Source: Octopus vulgaris
Taxonomy: Eukaryota
Direction of reading: 5' to 3'
NCBI GenBank assembly: GCA_951406725.2
Contig: OX597820.1
Location: forward strand, 111,476,001 to 111,540,000
Length of the DNA stretch: 64,000 bases
Position 1 is the first letter of the stretch; each line of letters starts with the position of its first letter. The position numbers and the translations under genes were made by a program. Below are positions 26,170-39,000 of the stretch, piece by piece. The notes under the pieces are model-generated. The model had not been told where the DNA came from, made no database searches, and was given only the letters and a program-made list of their open reading frames with translations.

Positions 26170-27503
26170 TAAATTAGTGAGAAGAGAAAGGGATGGACCT
26201 CCTAGACGAGCGAGATCGATGAACCTTAAACCTTTTCGACAGGTCAAGGTCATGATACGAACTGTGCACTTTTTAGCTGATTGTCTGGTACCCAATCCTT
26301 TGGGTCTTCTTTCGCGTTGTAAGCTTTGTGCGTGTGTTTGTATGTGAGCGTGAAAGGGAGGGAGGGAGAGAGAGAGAGAGAGGGTTGGGACTTGAGCATT
26401 GACACAATTTAAATATTTTATTTTCTTTTTTCTAATGTGCAGAAGTGCTGAAGATTACAGCCCTATACAATAGAAAAGTGCTAGCGAGCAATGTGCTAGG
26501 AATTGTTCAAATATTTCCCTCCCAGTGGGCATCAATTTATGCTTCAAGGACTCAAATTATTCAAAAATTTACATAACTGTTTAATTTGTTCTTTTCGTCT
26601 GTCGAAGTAGGAACACAGTCTGCAGCTGTGTATGTATCTCCTAATTGTCATGTGCGTGTTATTAAGGCATGTATGAGTGTGCATTCTGAGTATATATGAG
26701 TTGCGTTTGTGTGTTGTCTATTTATATATTATTCAAGGCAATACACAACCGGCATTATTGAGAGTAAACCATGAACAAGCTTCGCAATCGCCCACGACGA
26801 AAGTGTGAAGTAGTGAGGTGTGTGCGGGAACTATAGTGACAGAGAGAGTGAGAGAACGAGAGAATGAGGTAGGGAGACTGATATAAAAGTTATGAAGACG
26901 GTGGAGACGGATGTTGTGTCTAGTTTTTCCCGTTTCGTTTTGCTCGACTTTTTATTTAGAATTTTTGTTCCGCGTCAATACGCCGACGCACCCTCCTCAC
27001 CTTCCCTCACTACTTTGGCGTTGCTTATTCATTCGTTACCCCACTCTGATTTAAGTATAGCCTTTCACTCACACCTTTACCTCCCCTTCCTCCTATATTT
27101 TACTGTATTACTTCAGTCAACAAACCTCATACTACTACTCCCTTTCTCTCTCGCTATTACTCTTTCTCCCCCCCCCGTTTTAATTTCTACATAATACACC
27201 TCCTACTCCGCTACCTAATCAGCACCTCCCGTTCATGTCTTTGTTATCTCCTTCTTTTGTCGTTGTAACACTTCCTCCCCTTCTCATAATCCGAGTACAC
27301 CATGAGAGTGCGTGTCTCTATATTTGTTATGTGTGGCCGTGACGTTTTCCGATTATGTGCGTGTCCATACGTCTGAGCTAGCTCTTTAAACGTTACGCAT
27401 ACGAATAAACATACCTTTTCATTTGTGTTTGAATCTATATTTTTTGTCCCGATCACTCAGTGTGCGTACGTATACGGTAGCACAGATTTCGCAATATAAA
27501 TTT

Positions 27504-27536
<33 letters not shown>

Positions 27537-28246
27537 CTATATAAATACACACACACAAACACGCATGCATACGAGTGATACCTCCTTGTGTGTCCCTGTC
27601 TATTTGAATTTATGTGCTTTTTCGCATATATACGTGAATAGTTGTATATATATATATTCAATCCCTACATTTGCACAGCAGTTATTGTGTTTATAATTAC
27701 AAAAAAATTATACAAACATAGTACTGCACATAAAATATATTTGTGAGTGAGTGCTTGTACTCAACCGTCCATTTCTCTTTGTGTTCGAGTTCATCGTCTC
27801 TTCCTTCTAACCGAAAATCTCGTGAGATTGCAATTATGTTAATGAGCTCGTTTCTCTGTTTCAGCCAATCAGAATCAAACTATTTGAGTTTAGCTGCAAG
27901 AATCGCATTTAGGATTTTTTCTTTTACTGTAGACACGACATTGTCAGCGCTAAGCACGCTGCCAAAGGTCTCTATTTTTTTAGGGGCTTAGCTTAATTTT
28001 TTTTAGGGATTTTAAACCATTTTTTTTATATATTTATATACATTTGAACACCAACGTACAGGAAGACAGTGTTTGACTTTTTTTTAATCTCTTTTTGCTA
28101 CCTTTCTCGTGAGTGTCGTAAGTTTTTTTGTCCCCCCCCACTTTCATCTAAAGATTAAATCTATATCATATAGAGATCCTTTCACTAAATATATAATATA
28201 GATAGATAACTTTAGATACACATTTACACAAATATATACACATATA
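26170..28246. promoter_or_regulatory. CpG-retaining, TE-poor promoter / 5' UTR region of the hnRNP gene
   Basis: CpG density rises abruptly. NF-Y-type AGCCAATCAG at 27863-27872; palindrome AATCTCGTGAGATT at 27816-27829 (TCTCGCGAGA-like). The TSS cannot be placed. Confidence 0.5.
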
Positions 28247-28413
28247 ATGGCAGAATTCCAGACTGACACTGTGGAGATGGACGGAGAAAATGGAGCTAAC
28301 AACATTGATGGCCACGAAAATGTGGAGAAAGCCGTCGCTACTTTTGAGGAGTCGGCTGCAATGGAGACAGTTGATGGAGAGGAAAGTAAAGGCAGTGATG
28401 ATGAAGATAGTAG
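28247..28413 (+). CDS. sqd: hnRNP A/B-D coding exon 1 (acidic N-terminus)
   Basis: ATAATGG start; [22 protein letters not shown]; donor AG|GTGAGA in phase 2. Confidence 0.8.
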
Positions 28414-31400
28414 GTGAGATGTATTTTTGATTTCTTCTTTTTATTATTATTGACAATATTACGATTTATTTAAACGTAGCATCACAGTTTTAAATCTCCC
28501 ACTTCTTTGTACATCTGAATCCTTAAAGGAGTTCAATATGAAGCTGTCCCAATCCGTGACCCGGTTTCGATTCCATCTTGTAATACTTTCACTTCACTTA
28601 ATTTGTCTCAGCTGTTCTTTACAATAGAATGAACATCACATACCCATTCGCCGCTTCCTTTCTGGATGGCTTTTACCGATCACTGTTCACGATCACATTT
28701 TCACTCCTATTACCAATTTTCTCTCTATTCGTATTGGGAAGTATATTCCTATGCAAGAATTTACCAGTATTGGGTTCTTTAGAAAAGGTTTGAATATTGT
28801 AAGAAACATTTTTCCAAGCATATATGTATAAAAGACATCGGTTTTGTGTGAACTGAAAAGCGTTATTAATAAACATGGAGTCCATGTCTCGGTTTCGATT
28901 CTCAATTAAAATTGCTTTACTTCTACATCGCAAAAAGTTCTTTCCACTTCACATTATGAAGAACTATTAATAGGTGTATGGTTGTTGCCACAATGGAACA
29001 TCGAATTTGGCAGAAATGTTGGGAAAACAACGTAATTTGACTGCTGTATTCAAGTTCAGTGTGATCCAGGAAAGCGGGAGCATCTCCGGAAATGTTTGGC
29101 ACAGAGGAAAATAGTTGTTGCAATAAAGGAAGTATTATTGTTGCGGCGTAAAAAAAAACGGAAAATTTTTACAACTTCTAAAAATTTACCTACAATAACA
29201 AAAGTAAATCTGTTTTATAGTTTGTCTCTTCGTCACGGTATATTGTCTTTCATCTCCCCGGGGGTCCTTCAACCTTTACTAAAATTGCTGTGTCTTGTAG
29301 AAATTGTGGATAAATAGTTGAGGCTCTCAAAATTATAGTAGTGGATCTTGATTTATAAGAAATAATATATTCTTTTCTACTCTAGGCACAAGGCCCGAAA
29401 TTTGAGGGGAGGGGGCCAATCAATTAGATCGACTCCAGTACTTAACTGGTACTTAATATATCGACCTCGAAAGGATGAAAGGCAAAATAAATAATATATG
29501 ACGGTTTTTAGAATGTAATGGCAGATCCAAAGTTTTAAGAATCCAGAATGTGGTGGTAGACCCAAATAAGTTGATAACGTGCCTGTATTTTGTTGTGTCC
29601 CTTGGCAAGATACATAACTCCACTTGCCTTTAATTGCATGTAAAAGAGATGATTGTACGACGCACTGGTTGGTTTTAGGGTAACTAGTGTAACAGAAAGG
29701 CACTGTTCCAAGTTCGATTATCAAAGAGATTTCTTCGAAGCTAGATGAAATAAGTACCAGTAATATAATGTGATCGATTCTGTCGTTTCTATACTGCAAA
29801 CCTGTCTAAATTGGCGTTGATGTTGATTGAACGAATGTCTCACTAAATATATTTGATGTGCTTGCTTTTTGCCCAGTTCCGAGTTCAAATTCGGTCGGAA
29901 TTGGTTTAATGTTTCATTTCGAAGCAGTAGTAGCTAAACAGAATCAAACAACAGAACTTAGCAGAATCTAGCGATGGAAAAACATTCTACGTTAATAATA
30001 TAGATGATAGGCAAGAGGAAATATATTTTATTATTTCATAAAAAAGGAGGTATTTTAGCTACGTTTCTCTCTATTCTGAAGTAAAATAGTAGTGACATGG
30101 ACTGGGTCGATATCATCGACTATTCTTTGTAATAATCAATGATGTATTTAACCTAGTTGTATCGTAACCTGCCAAGAAAATGTGTCTATAACATGAAAAT
30201 GTTTGCCCAATTTCATTTGAAGAAACTAATGATGCTGGCTTGTAGTAGTATTAATGATATCTAGTTAAATAGTGATAATTGCATATCGCTGTAGTATGTC
30301 AGTAGTAGTAGTAATAAATTCAAATTTTGGCACAAGACCAGTAATTTAGGGGTAGGAGGTCATGTCAATTATATCAACCCCAGTGTTCTACTGGTACATA
30401 TTTGATCGACCCCGAAAGGAAGAAAGGCAAAGTCGACTCTGGCGGCATTTGAACTCAGAATGTAAAGTCGGAAGAAATACTGCTAAGCCGGCATGCTAAC
30501 GATTCGCCTGCTCGCTGCCTTAATAAATTTCAAATTTTTGGCATACGGTCAACAAATTTACAGGAGAGGGTAAGTCAATTACATCGTCTTGATTGGTACT
30601 TAAATTTTATAGATTACGAAAAGGATGAAAGGACCAAATTTACCCCGTCGAAATTTGAACTCAATATAAAGCACTGGAAGAAATGCCGCTAACCATTTTC
30701 CCGGCGCGCTGACGATTCTGCCAACCCCGTCGTCTTAATAATTCCTCCTAATTTTGGCACAAGGGCAGCAATTTTCATGAGGGGGAAATTAATTACATCG
30801 ACCCCGAAAAGATGAAAAGTAAAGTCGGCAACATTTGAACCCAGAACGTTAAGAGCAATAACGATATAAGAAATTCTGTGGTTTTTAGGAAGTAGAAGTA
30901 CAGAAACTGATACAACAACCCAGTAAATGAAAGCTTGAAGAAATTTCTGGTGATTTTCTTTCTGCAAAATTCATTTAGTACTAAAATTAGCAAATGGGGC
31001 TGAGTTCATATTCTGCGACGAGAGGTGGTGTGATGGTTCGCTCGTTGTTTGGTATAATTATAATATAGGAGGAGAATAGCGATAATGCCGCAATAGCAAT
31101 CTCGTACTGCGGAAATAACGATCTAAAGGGGTTGTTATTTAACCCTTAGACACTCCTGATGAGCATGTTTTTCAGCCTTTAAAATAGGACTACAGTATTC
31201 ACTGTACCCATTTTTTTTTAAAAGATGGGGTGATTTGGGTAAAGGTGGGGAGGAGACTGCTGTTTCTAGCCCTATTGTTGGTTCGAACTACAGTGGAATA
31301 TAGTTACTGTGATCACTGGGATTGAATCATAAACATTGAATGTAAAGATATCCTGGTCTTTATTTTTAGGGCCCCACTTATTTTGATAAGGTTATCATTG

Positions 31401-32006
31401 ATTATTTAGCGACTTTCACTGTATTGTAGTTACATAGAAGCTTTAGTAATAATTGGCAAAGTAGTAATGGAAGTAGTTGAATAACGAGGAAAATGGTTTA
31501 TTTTACTGATAGAATCGCTTAGAATCCGATTTCTATGGTGCGAGAGACGTTTTTCCATTCTTCAGATTACACATATTTGTAAATATGTATATCAGATGCT
31601 GTGCACATTATCTGTGTTAAATTATTAACTCATCTCTTTCTTTTTTTCACTTCCTGGTCTCTAAAAAAATTATATCTTTAGCACATACCTTAACTTCAGG
31701 AACATGTATATGTGTATAATTCTACAGATTCATATACACTAGTACTTATCGGTTCTTTCTGATATTTTAATTACATTATACCAGGTAATCAATGTATCTG
31801 GTCTAGGCAATTGAACACTGCTCAACAATATTATTGATGTTTTTGTTTTGTTTTAAACTCTTAAAATGGTTTATCTCACACAAGTGTGTGTGTCTTGGAA
31901 TTCCTTGATATTTTAGTTGGCAAGCACGGAGGAATTTCAGTTGCGATCAGGTGTTGTACAAACAGGATGTATTTGCTGCATCGCCACAGCAGTCCTATTT
32001 CTCTCT

Positions 32007-32064
<58 letters not shown>

Positions 32065-33318
32065 GTATATATATATACACACACACATTCTTTTACTCAT
32101 TTCAGCCATGCGGCTTATTCACCGTTCTTTCCAACATCACTCCGTTATTGATAAACAAAAATATTTTGATGCAATTAAATTGTTTTAAAAACATCTTAGG
32201 CATATTTGAAATGTTCCTTTTCTTTTTCTTTTTTGTTTTCTCGTTCACTTGCTCTGCTAAATAAATATGGAATTCCCCAGATGGCCGTGTACTAGATAAT
32301 AAAGCATTTTATAACCGTTGTTTCATGTCACTTTTGGACAACGAATCTAACTCTCTCATAACCTCAGCGAAAATGTCTCGGCTAAGACTTGAACTTTTGG
32401 CAGACTTCTCTTCTCGAAAACTTAGTATGAGTCTGGTGTGTAGACAATGATTCAGTAGCTTATCTAATTTTTTATTTTTCGTGTGAGAGATGTTCTGTAA
32501 TGGTCGACAAATAGATCTATATTATCTTAGTAATGATTTCGAAAATATATTTTTGAGGTGAAAATTTCAAAAACATAAACATGAAATATAATTATGGCTT
32601 TTGCTTGCAATTTCTATGGTTGTAGTGGTGCTATTTTCTCGTAGAAACAAAGAAAAAAAAATTAGATCTTCATACTGTGGCAAGATGAATTAGAAACGGA
32701 TGTATGAAGTTCACACGTCAAAATGTATTGGGGAAAAAATTCTATTTGAAATAATTGCCCGATTTTGTGGCCGTCCACCTTAACGCCGGTTCTTATCAAA
32801 GATGGCTTCCTTTGTAGCTTTTTCTTCTCCTTTTCTGTTAAAGAAAGACTTAATTGACAGAATATCCGTCTTCTCTTCACGTTATTTTATTGGATTTCGT
32901 ATATTAAAAGTGTACATAATTCTCTCTGTGTGTGTGCGTATAAAATATACACATGCATCATTTAACGTACAAGTTCCATGCTGACATGCATAAATATATG
33001 TATACTTACAGATATCATATACACATTAACATTATATATAAAAGACGTAGGGACACAATTGGTGCTTTAAAACCACAATAGTTAAGTTTCCATTAATTAT
33101 ACTTATCTTCTACAAATGCTTGTTTATAAAAGATATTCATATTTACATAATTACATTTAGATGTATAAAACCTGACCCATCACCCCTAAGTGTTTTCAGT
33201 GTTGTTTTACTGAATAAATTGTAAATTTTCTGTTATTATAACTGATTTTATTTGTTTTACAGAAAACTGTTTGTTGGAGGATTAAGTTGGGAGACAACTG
33301 CCAGTAAGTAATACATGA

Positions 33319-33373
<55 letters not shown>

Positions 33374-35991
33374 CACCTTACACTTTCACATGTGTGTGTA
33401 TGTATATATATATAAATAAACAAACAAACACACATACGCAGGCATATATGTAGCTATAAATAACTGAGCACAAACACTGATGACTATATTAAGCATATAC
33501 ACACGCACATTTATGTATTCTTAACAATAATAGTTATATATAATTACATATGCAGATCTGACTTCACTGCTAAACCCGTCTTTCTCTCTCTAAAACATTA
33601 ATCCCCCCACCACTACTATCTCTTTCTTCATTGCACCCCCCCCCATCTTTTAAGCATAATTTATTCACTTTTGTAGTAATTTTTTACGATCACACATTTC
33701 TATGGTTTAATTCTTTCTCCAAGACAAATCGCTGTTTCAATTCATTTCATTCTTCCACACATGAACAGCTCTTGTATAGTAGTAGTATCAGCTACAGTTG
33801 AAGCAGCAGTAGTAGTAGTAGTCCCACTACCAGCTGTAGTAGAAGCAGTAATAGCAGCAACATTGAGACTGGTTAAAGTAGTAGTTAGCTATAGCAGAAG
33901 CAGTAATAACAGCAGCAGCAGTGATGTTGCTGGTTATAGTAAGAGTAGTAGTAACGATAGCAGTAGTAATTGTGTGTCATCCGCTCCTATATTCGATCTC
34001 AGTGTCTTCCTCCTCCCTACGAAACGGGTTGTTTGTGTGATACCGTGTGAATGTGTAAAATAATGAAAACGTTGTTTAAAATTTCCTTGGAAATTATGAG
34101 GATTAAATTAGGGAATGGTTTCATGTTGACTATGATCCATGGTCTCTTGTACATCACAATATTTTCGGTTTCGTATCTATGAAAGAACTTCAACCAGCGT
34201 GTCTGAAACTGTGCACCTGCCAAGACCCCTTCTCCGTCGGGCACTGGTTGTTAGATACGATTGTTCATGGATGTTTGTCCCTTAGTAATTTATTATACAT
34301 GTTCTCAAGCTTACACTTCTATTAAAAATGTTCCTGCATAAATATATATAATCTCTGACACATATGTGCGTGTGTGTATATTTGCGCGCACACACACGCG
34401 CAACCGATATACAAGTATTTACAGAGCAGTGTAGTCGCTCACACTGACAGCAATGCAGAACGTGATGTCTCACATAAATTCTAAAGCAGTCTTCCATAAT
34501 AGCATCAGCAGTACACATATACTCAGGTTCTAGTCCTCCCCCCCTCTCTCTCTCTTTTTCGCGGGTTTACCTTCTAAGATCACCACCGCCAATCTTTCTC
34601 TTCCCCTCCCACAGTCGTCAGCCTTCCTTCCTTCTCCATTTTTACACCATGGGACTAATTTTGTTCTCTCATTACTGCTTATTATTCTTAATGTTACCAT
34701 TAATGCACTTTTGCAGCTTCACCACCATCAGTCGATCACTTCAGCTCTGTGACGGCTACAAACAGAGGAGTGTATATATCTAGGCTGTTGTTGATTTAAC
34801 GACTGTATATGTCTGTAGGAGCGTGTATATTGAATAAACAATAGAATGAATAGACATTCTGTGTATGCAATCCGAAGTTGTGTATATATAGTTATGTTAC
34901 CTGTGGTAGTGCATCTCTGGTTGATTATGTGTGTGTGTGTGTGTGTGTGTGTGTCTATATCCAAATCTGTTTGAAATGTGTACTTAGTTATGGCGATGGT
35001 TTGTTAGATGATGACAGCAGGAGGAGTATCCCTTTAAAAGGAGAGCAGTTGCAGCAGTCACAGCAATTTTTAATCGGCTTTGCCATTTAATTATTCAACC
35101 TTAACTTTTTATCTCCCCATTACCGAAATAATTAGCTGTAATCTCGATTGTACCCCCCCCCCCCCGCATAATTGTCGCCTAAATCACACTCACACACATG
35201 ATATTCTTATTGATTCGTTATAGTTTGGCATTTATTGATGATGTCTCGTTAATAAATAAATTATTTAATAGTGATAACTCCAGTAATGCTTTAATTAGTA
35301 CAAGCATATAGAGTAGGACCTGATTCGGTATGTGGATTAAGACAGCTAGAAATCAGTCGCAGATTAAATGACTTAAAATTTTTGTCTTTCTGGCTTGGAT
35401 AAAACTAGTGACTCCCTCCTCTAAAATAACCGGTTATCGTCGTCGATAACAAAGAAAAGCCGATTGTTATGTATATTAATTTTTAGACTGTGTAGTTATA
35501 AAAATAAATTATAATTGTAGAGGAGTTAGTAGTAGTAATCTGCTGCGAAAGTGTTTAAATTGTAATAACTAACGATAAACAGCCGGTGCTTGTAAAAAGA
35601 AGATAAAAAAAAGAACCATGTTTAATTAGCTTTGTGACGCTGGACTAATTATAATCCTTCACTCCTTTCTCATCTCGAATTATTTTTTCTCGTCATTTTT
35701 CCTATTTTTCCCCTTTCAATATTTCTATATCGTCCTTCATATCCTCATCTCCCCATCGTTCATGTTCAATTAAAAATATCCATCCTAAACATTTTAAAAC
35801 CGGGAGACAAACTATTCCTTTCTCAAACTACGTGTCTCCTCATCCTGGCTGACTACATTTATCTAATCTATGTATTTTACTCTTCTTGCCCAAAATTACC
35901 AGTTGTTCTATTTCCGTGACACCCATCGTAATTCTTTCTCCTCAGATACATTATTTACACGCACGCACACGTGTATATAAGTGTGTGTGTG

Positions 35992-36027
<36 letters not shown>

Positions 36028-39000
36028 AACACACACACACCATGGTCAACCGCTGAACCCTCATTCATTGTTCTTTCCATCTTCCTTCACTTTTCTCATA
36101 TAAGAAAACCATTCATCTCATTATTATTTCACTCATTAAATTAAAAAAAAAATTTCGTCTAATATACTTAATAAATAAAGAAAAGAGAATTCTAAGAATA
36201 TTAATAATTCTTCTTTTGCTGTTGACTGTTGTATAACCGATGTTTATCCAAATAACGGTATGCCAAATTTATATATATATATATATATATATATAAAAAC
36301 AATAGAGTGAAGTATTCACTATGTGTAGAATACCTCAAGCCGTTTAATGCCGTATCTTGAGTTTCCACGTACGTGCATTAAGGCTTTTCCGGAATATGCC
36401 CCCCCCCATATATATATATATAGCCGACAAGAGAAGCGTTAATACTCGTATGCAGAAACTCTGAGAAACGGCTTGAGGCAGTTCAATTTATACTTTTCAA
36501 CATAAGGCATACTCCTATACTTCTTTCAGTTTTCTATATTCGGTCATTGACACCGAGCATCTAAATCTTCATATTCAGTTTAAATTAAATGTTAAAAATC
36601 AAACGAGGTTTTTTTTCTGTTTTACAAATTCTGTTTACGAAGACAAATTAGACAAATAAAACTTTTTTTCTCTTAATGCCTGGTTACTTTGGGTGATAAC
36701 TCTGAGCATTTTTATTAGATTTCGAATTCTCAATCTCTCTCTTCCTTCCTTCCTTCCTCATCGTCAGAATTAGGAGAGAGAGCAGCTGCAAGATGATGAC
36801 AAGAATCGTCATTGTTGCCATCTTTCGTGTCAATAGTTCTGCTGCTATACGCTCTGAACAGTTGGCTACTTTTTGCACCAGTGATCTTGCCTCCTTTTAT
36901 GGCGCTGTCTGTTGCACTCTCAGTGCACATCGACTTGATTCTTTCTCTTCTAAGTATTTATTTCAGTTCACCCCACCTCTCTCTCTCTCTCTGGTTTTCT
37001 TGCTAGATCTAAACTAACTGCCTTACTTCCTTTCTCATCTGTTTTGTCTGCAATCTCAGATATTTAGTTGGCGAATTTTTACTTTTTTTTTTTTTTAAGT
37101 AAAAAAAAGAAAGAAAATTGTTTGGTGTGACTAAAATGTTGATTGTTTTTAAGTTTTTCTCTATAATAACTGGTGCATTCCTACATAAAAATATAAAAGC
37201 AATTTTTTTCAATTTCACTTTTTATTACTAGCAAGTGATTGCTTTATTTTGTATTCATTAAAAGTAATAATTACTTAACATTACGCCGGTGTATTTAGAT
37301 GTTTAAATGTCAAGGGATTTTTTTTTGTTTTTTTGGTAGATAGTAAATTAAATATTTTTGTATAATAAACCATCTTTTAAATTAATATGTATATTATTTG
37401 TATGCTTAAAACACGGCGGTTTAAATTAAAAGAATTTTATTTAGCAGGTAATTTTAAGCTCTTTAATGACTTGATTTCATTAGTGGAAACATTCAATTGC
37501 TGTGTGAAAATGTTTCATGCGAAAGTTGATCTTTTTCAGCTATCCAGTAGGAAATACTAGACTTGGTCTATGGACGTGGTATGTGATTTCACTCTGGGAT
37601 TTCTCCCATTTTGATTTACCTCCTTTTCCAATTGTATAATTCTCAGTTTCAGTACATGCTACAGACTAAGACTTTGGCTTTTCATACCTAATAAAAATCA
37701 TTTGCACCAAGGATAAATTAAATGCTGGTTTTTAAGTGATATCTAGAAATATATCTTCTCTCTAATCAATTTTGAGTTTTTCCAATTTAAATTCCAGTTA
37801 AGTTTCAACTTGGATAATTTAAACTAAGATTACAATTCCTCTTTCAGATTTCAAAAACTGTACTTAAGTGATTTTTCTTTTTCACCCCTGTCTCTCTTCA
37901 GAGGACTTAAGAGAATATTTCTCTAAATTTGGGGAAGTAGAACATTGTAATCTAAAAACAGACCCTGTTACAAAGAGATCCAGAGGTTTTGGCTTCGTCC
38001 TTTTCAAAGAAGAACAGACAGTAGATAAGGTAAGAATAATTTGGTAAAATGTTTCCTTTTTATCTTCAAAAGGAGTGACAGCTGTGTGATATTTGCTATT
38101 AAGGTGATGGGTGAGGAGGGGGGGAGTAGCAAACTATATGCCCACCCTGCAATATTCTAGCTGCAGCCATCTGTTGTAAGTTCGATTGGACCAAGATAGA
38201 TAAAACTCTACCAACTGTGTACTTGTTTTGACTGGAGGAAACCAGAGCCTGTTCCTTAGATTTTATGACCTTGTCAGAATTAAATGATAGACAGAATGCC
38301 TTGTATTTTGTTACTGGTTCAATAAAATTATTGTCATCCAAATACTGATTGGTTTTAATATCTGCTTTCAAGGCTGGCATAAGTTAAACAGGTCGTCAGT
38401 TGGCCTTCTTGTTGCCAAATTTTACAGCATTTTATCTAGCACCAGTACCACCCTCCTCTTAAATTTATGGCCTTGTGCCTTGGTCATCTCTACCCCTTAT
38501 CCACTATTCACTAAGTCTTCCCCCTCAACACTTGTTTTTTATTTTATTCTCTCTCCTCACTCTCTTACACATCTCACTCTCTTACACACTCTTGCAATCT
38601 CTACCCACTCACACTTGGTTCTTCTGTACTACATCCTGCACATACTTCTGCTCATCTTGTATCTTGAGTGTTCACCTAGACACCTCTTTACCACAAATGT
38701 ATATAGCCATACTGCTAGAAATCTTTTCTTCTCTGCCATCATCTATTATAAAGTCACCTATCTTAGGATTTTTAGCTTTGCAAGCTTCATAATGACCTCA
38801 CTAGAGTTGGTGGGATGGAAAAGGCACCAGTACACACTAAAATGGTTGCCATTGGGAAGAGCATTCAACTGTAGAAACCATGCCAAAGTAGACAGTGGAA
38901 TGCAGTGCAGTCCTTGGGCCTGTCGGACCCTGTCAAGCCCATGCAGGCTTTGAACATGGATTTTAGATGATGATGTACCCGTGTTAGAAATCCTTGTGAG

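Noticed and set aside
25918-26347. ORFs in the CpG-rich segment near 26.2 kb
   Set aside because: No recognisable protein, they run into low-complexity repeat, and no clear splice donor.
30318-30870. CRISPR-like repeat array
   Set aside because: The units are long, diverged SINE copies in eukaryotic DNA, with no repeat-spacer periodicity.
31146-31170. Isolated CTGATGAG
   Set aside because: No stem II, GAAA or stem I partner follows, so it is not a hammerhead.
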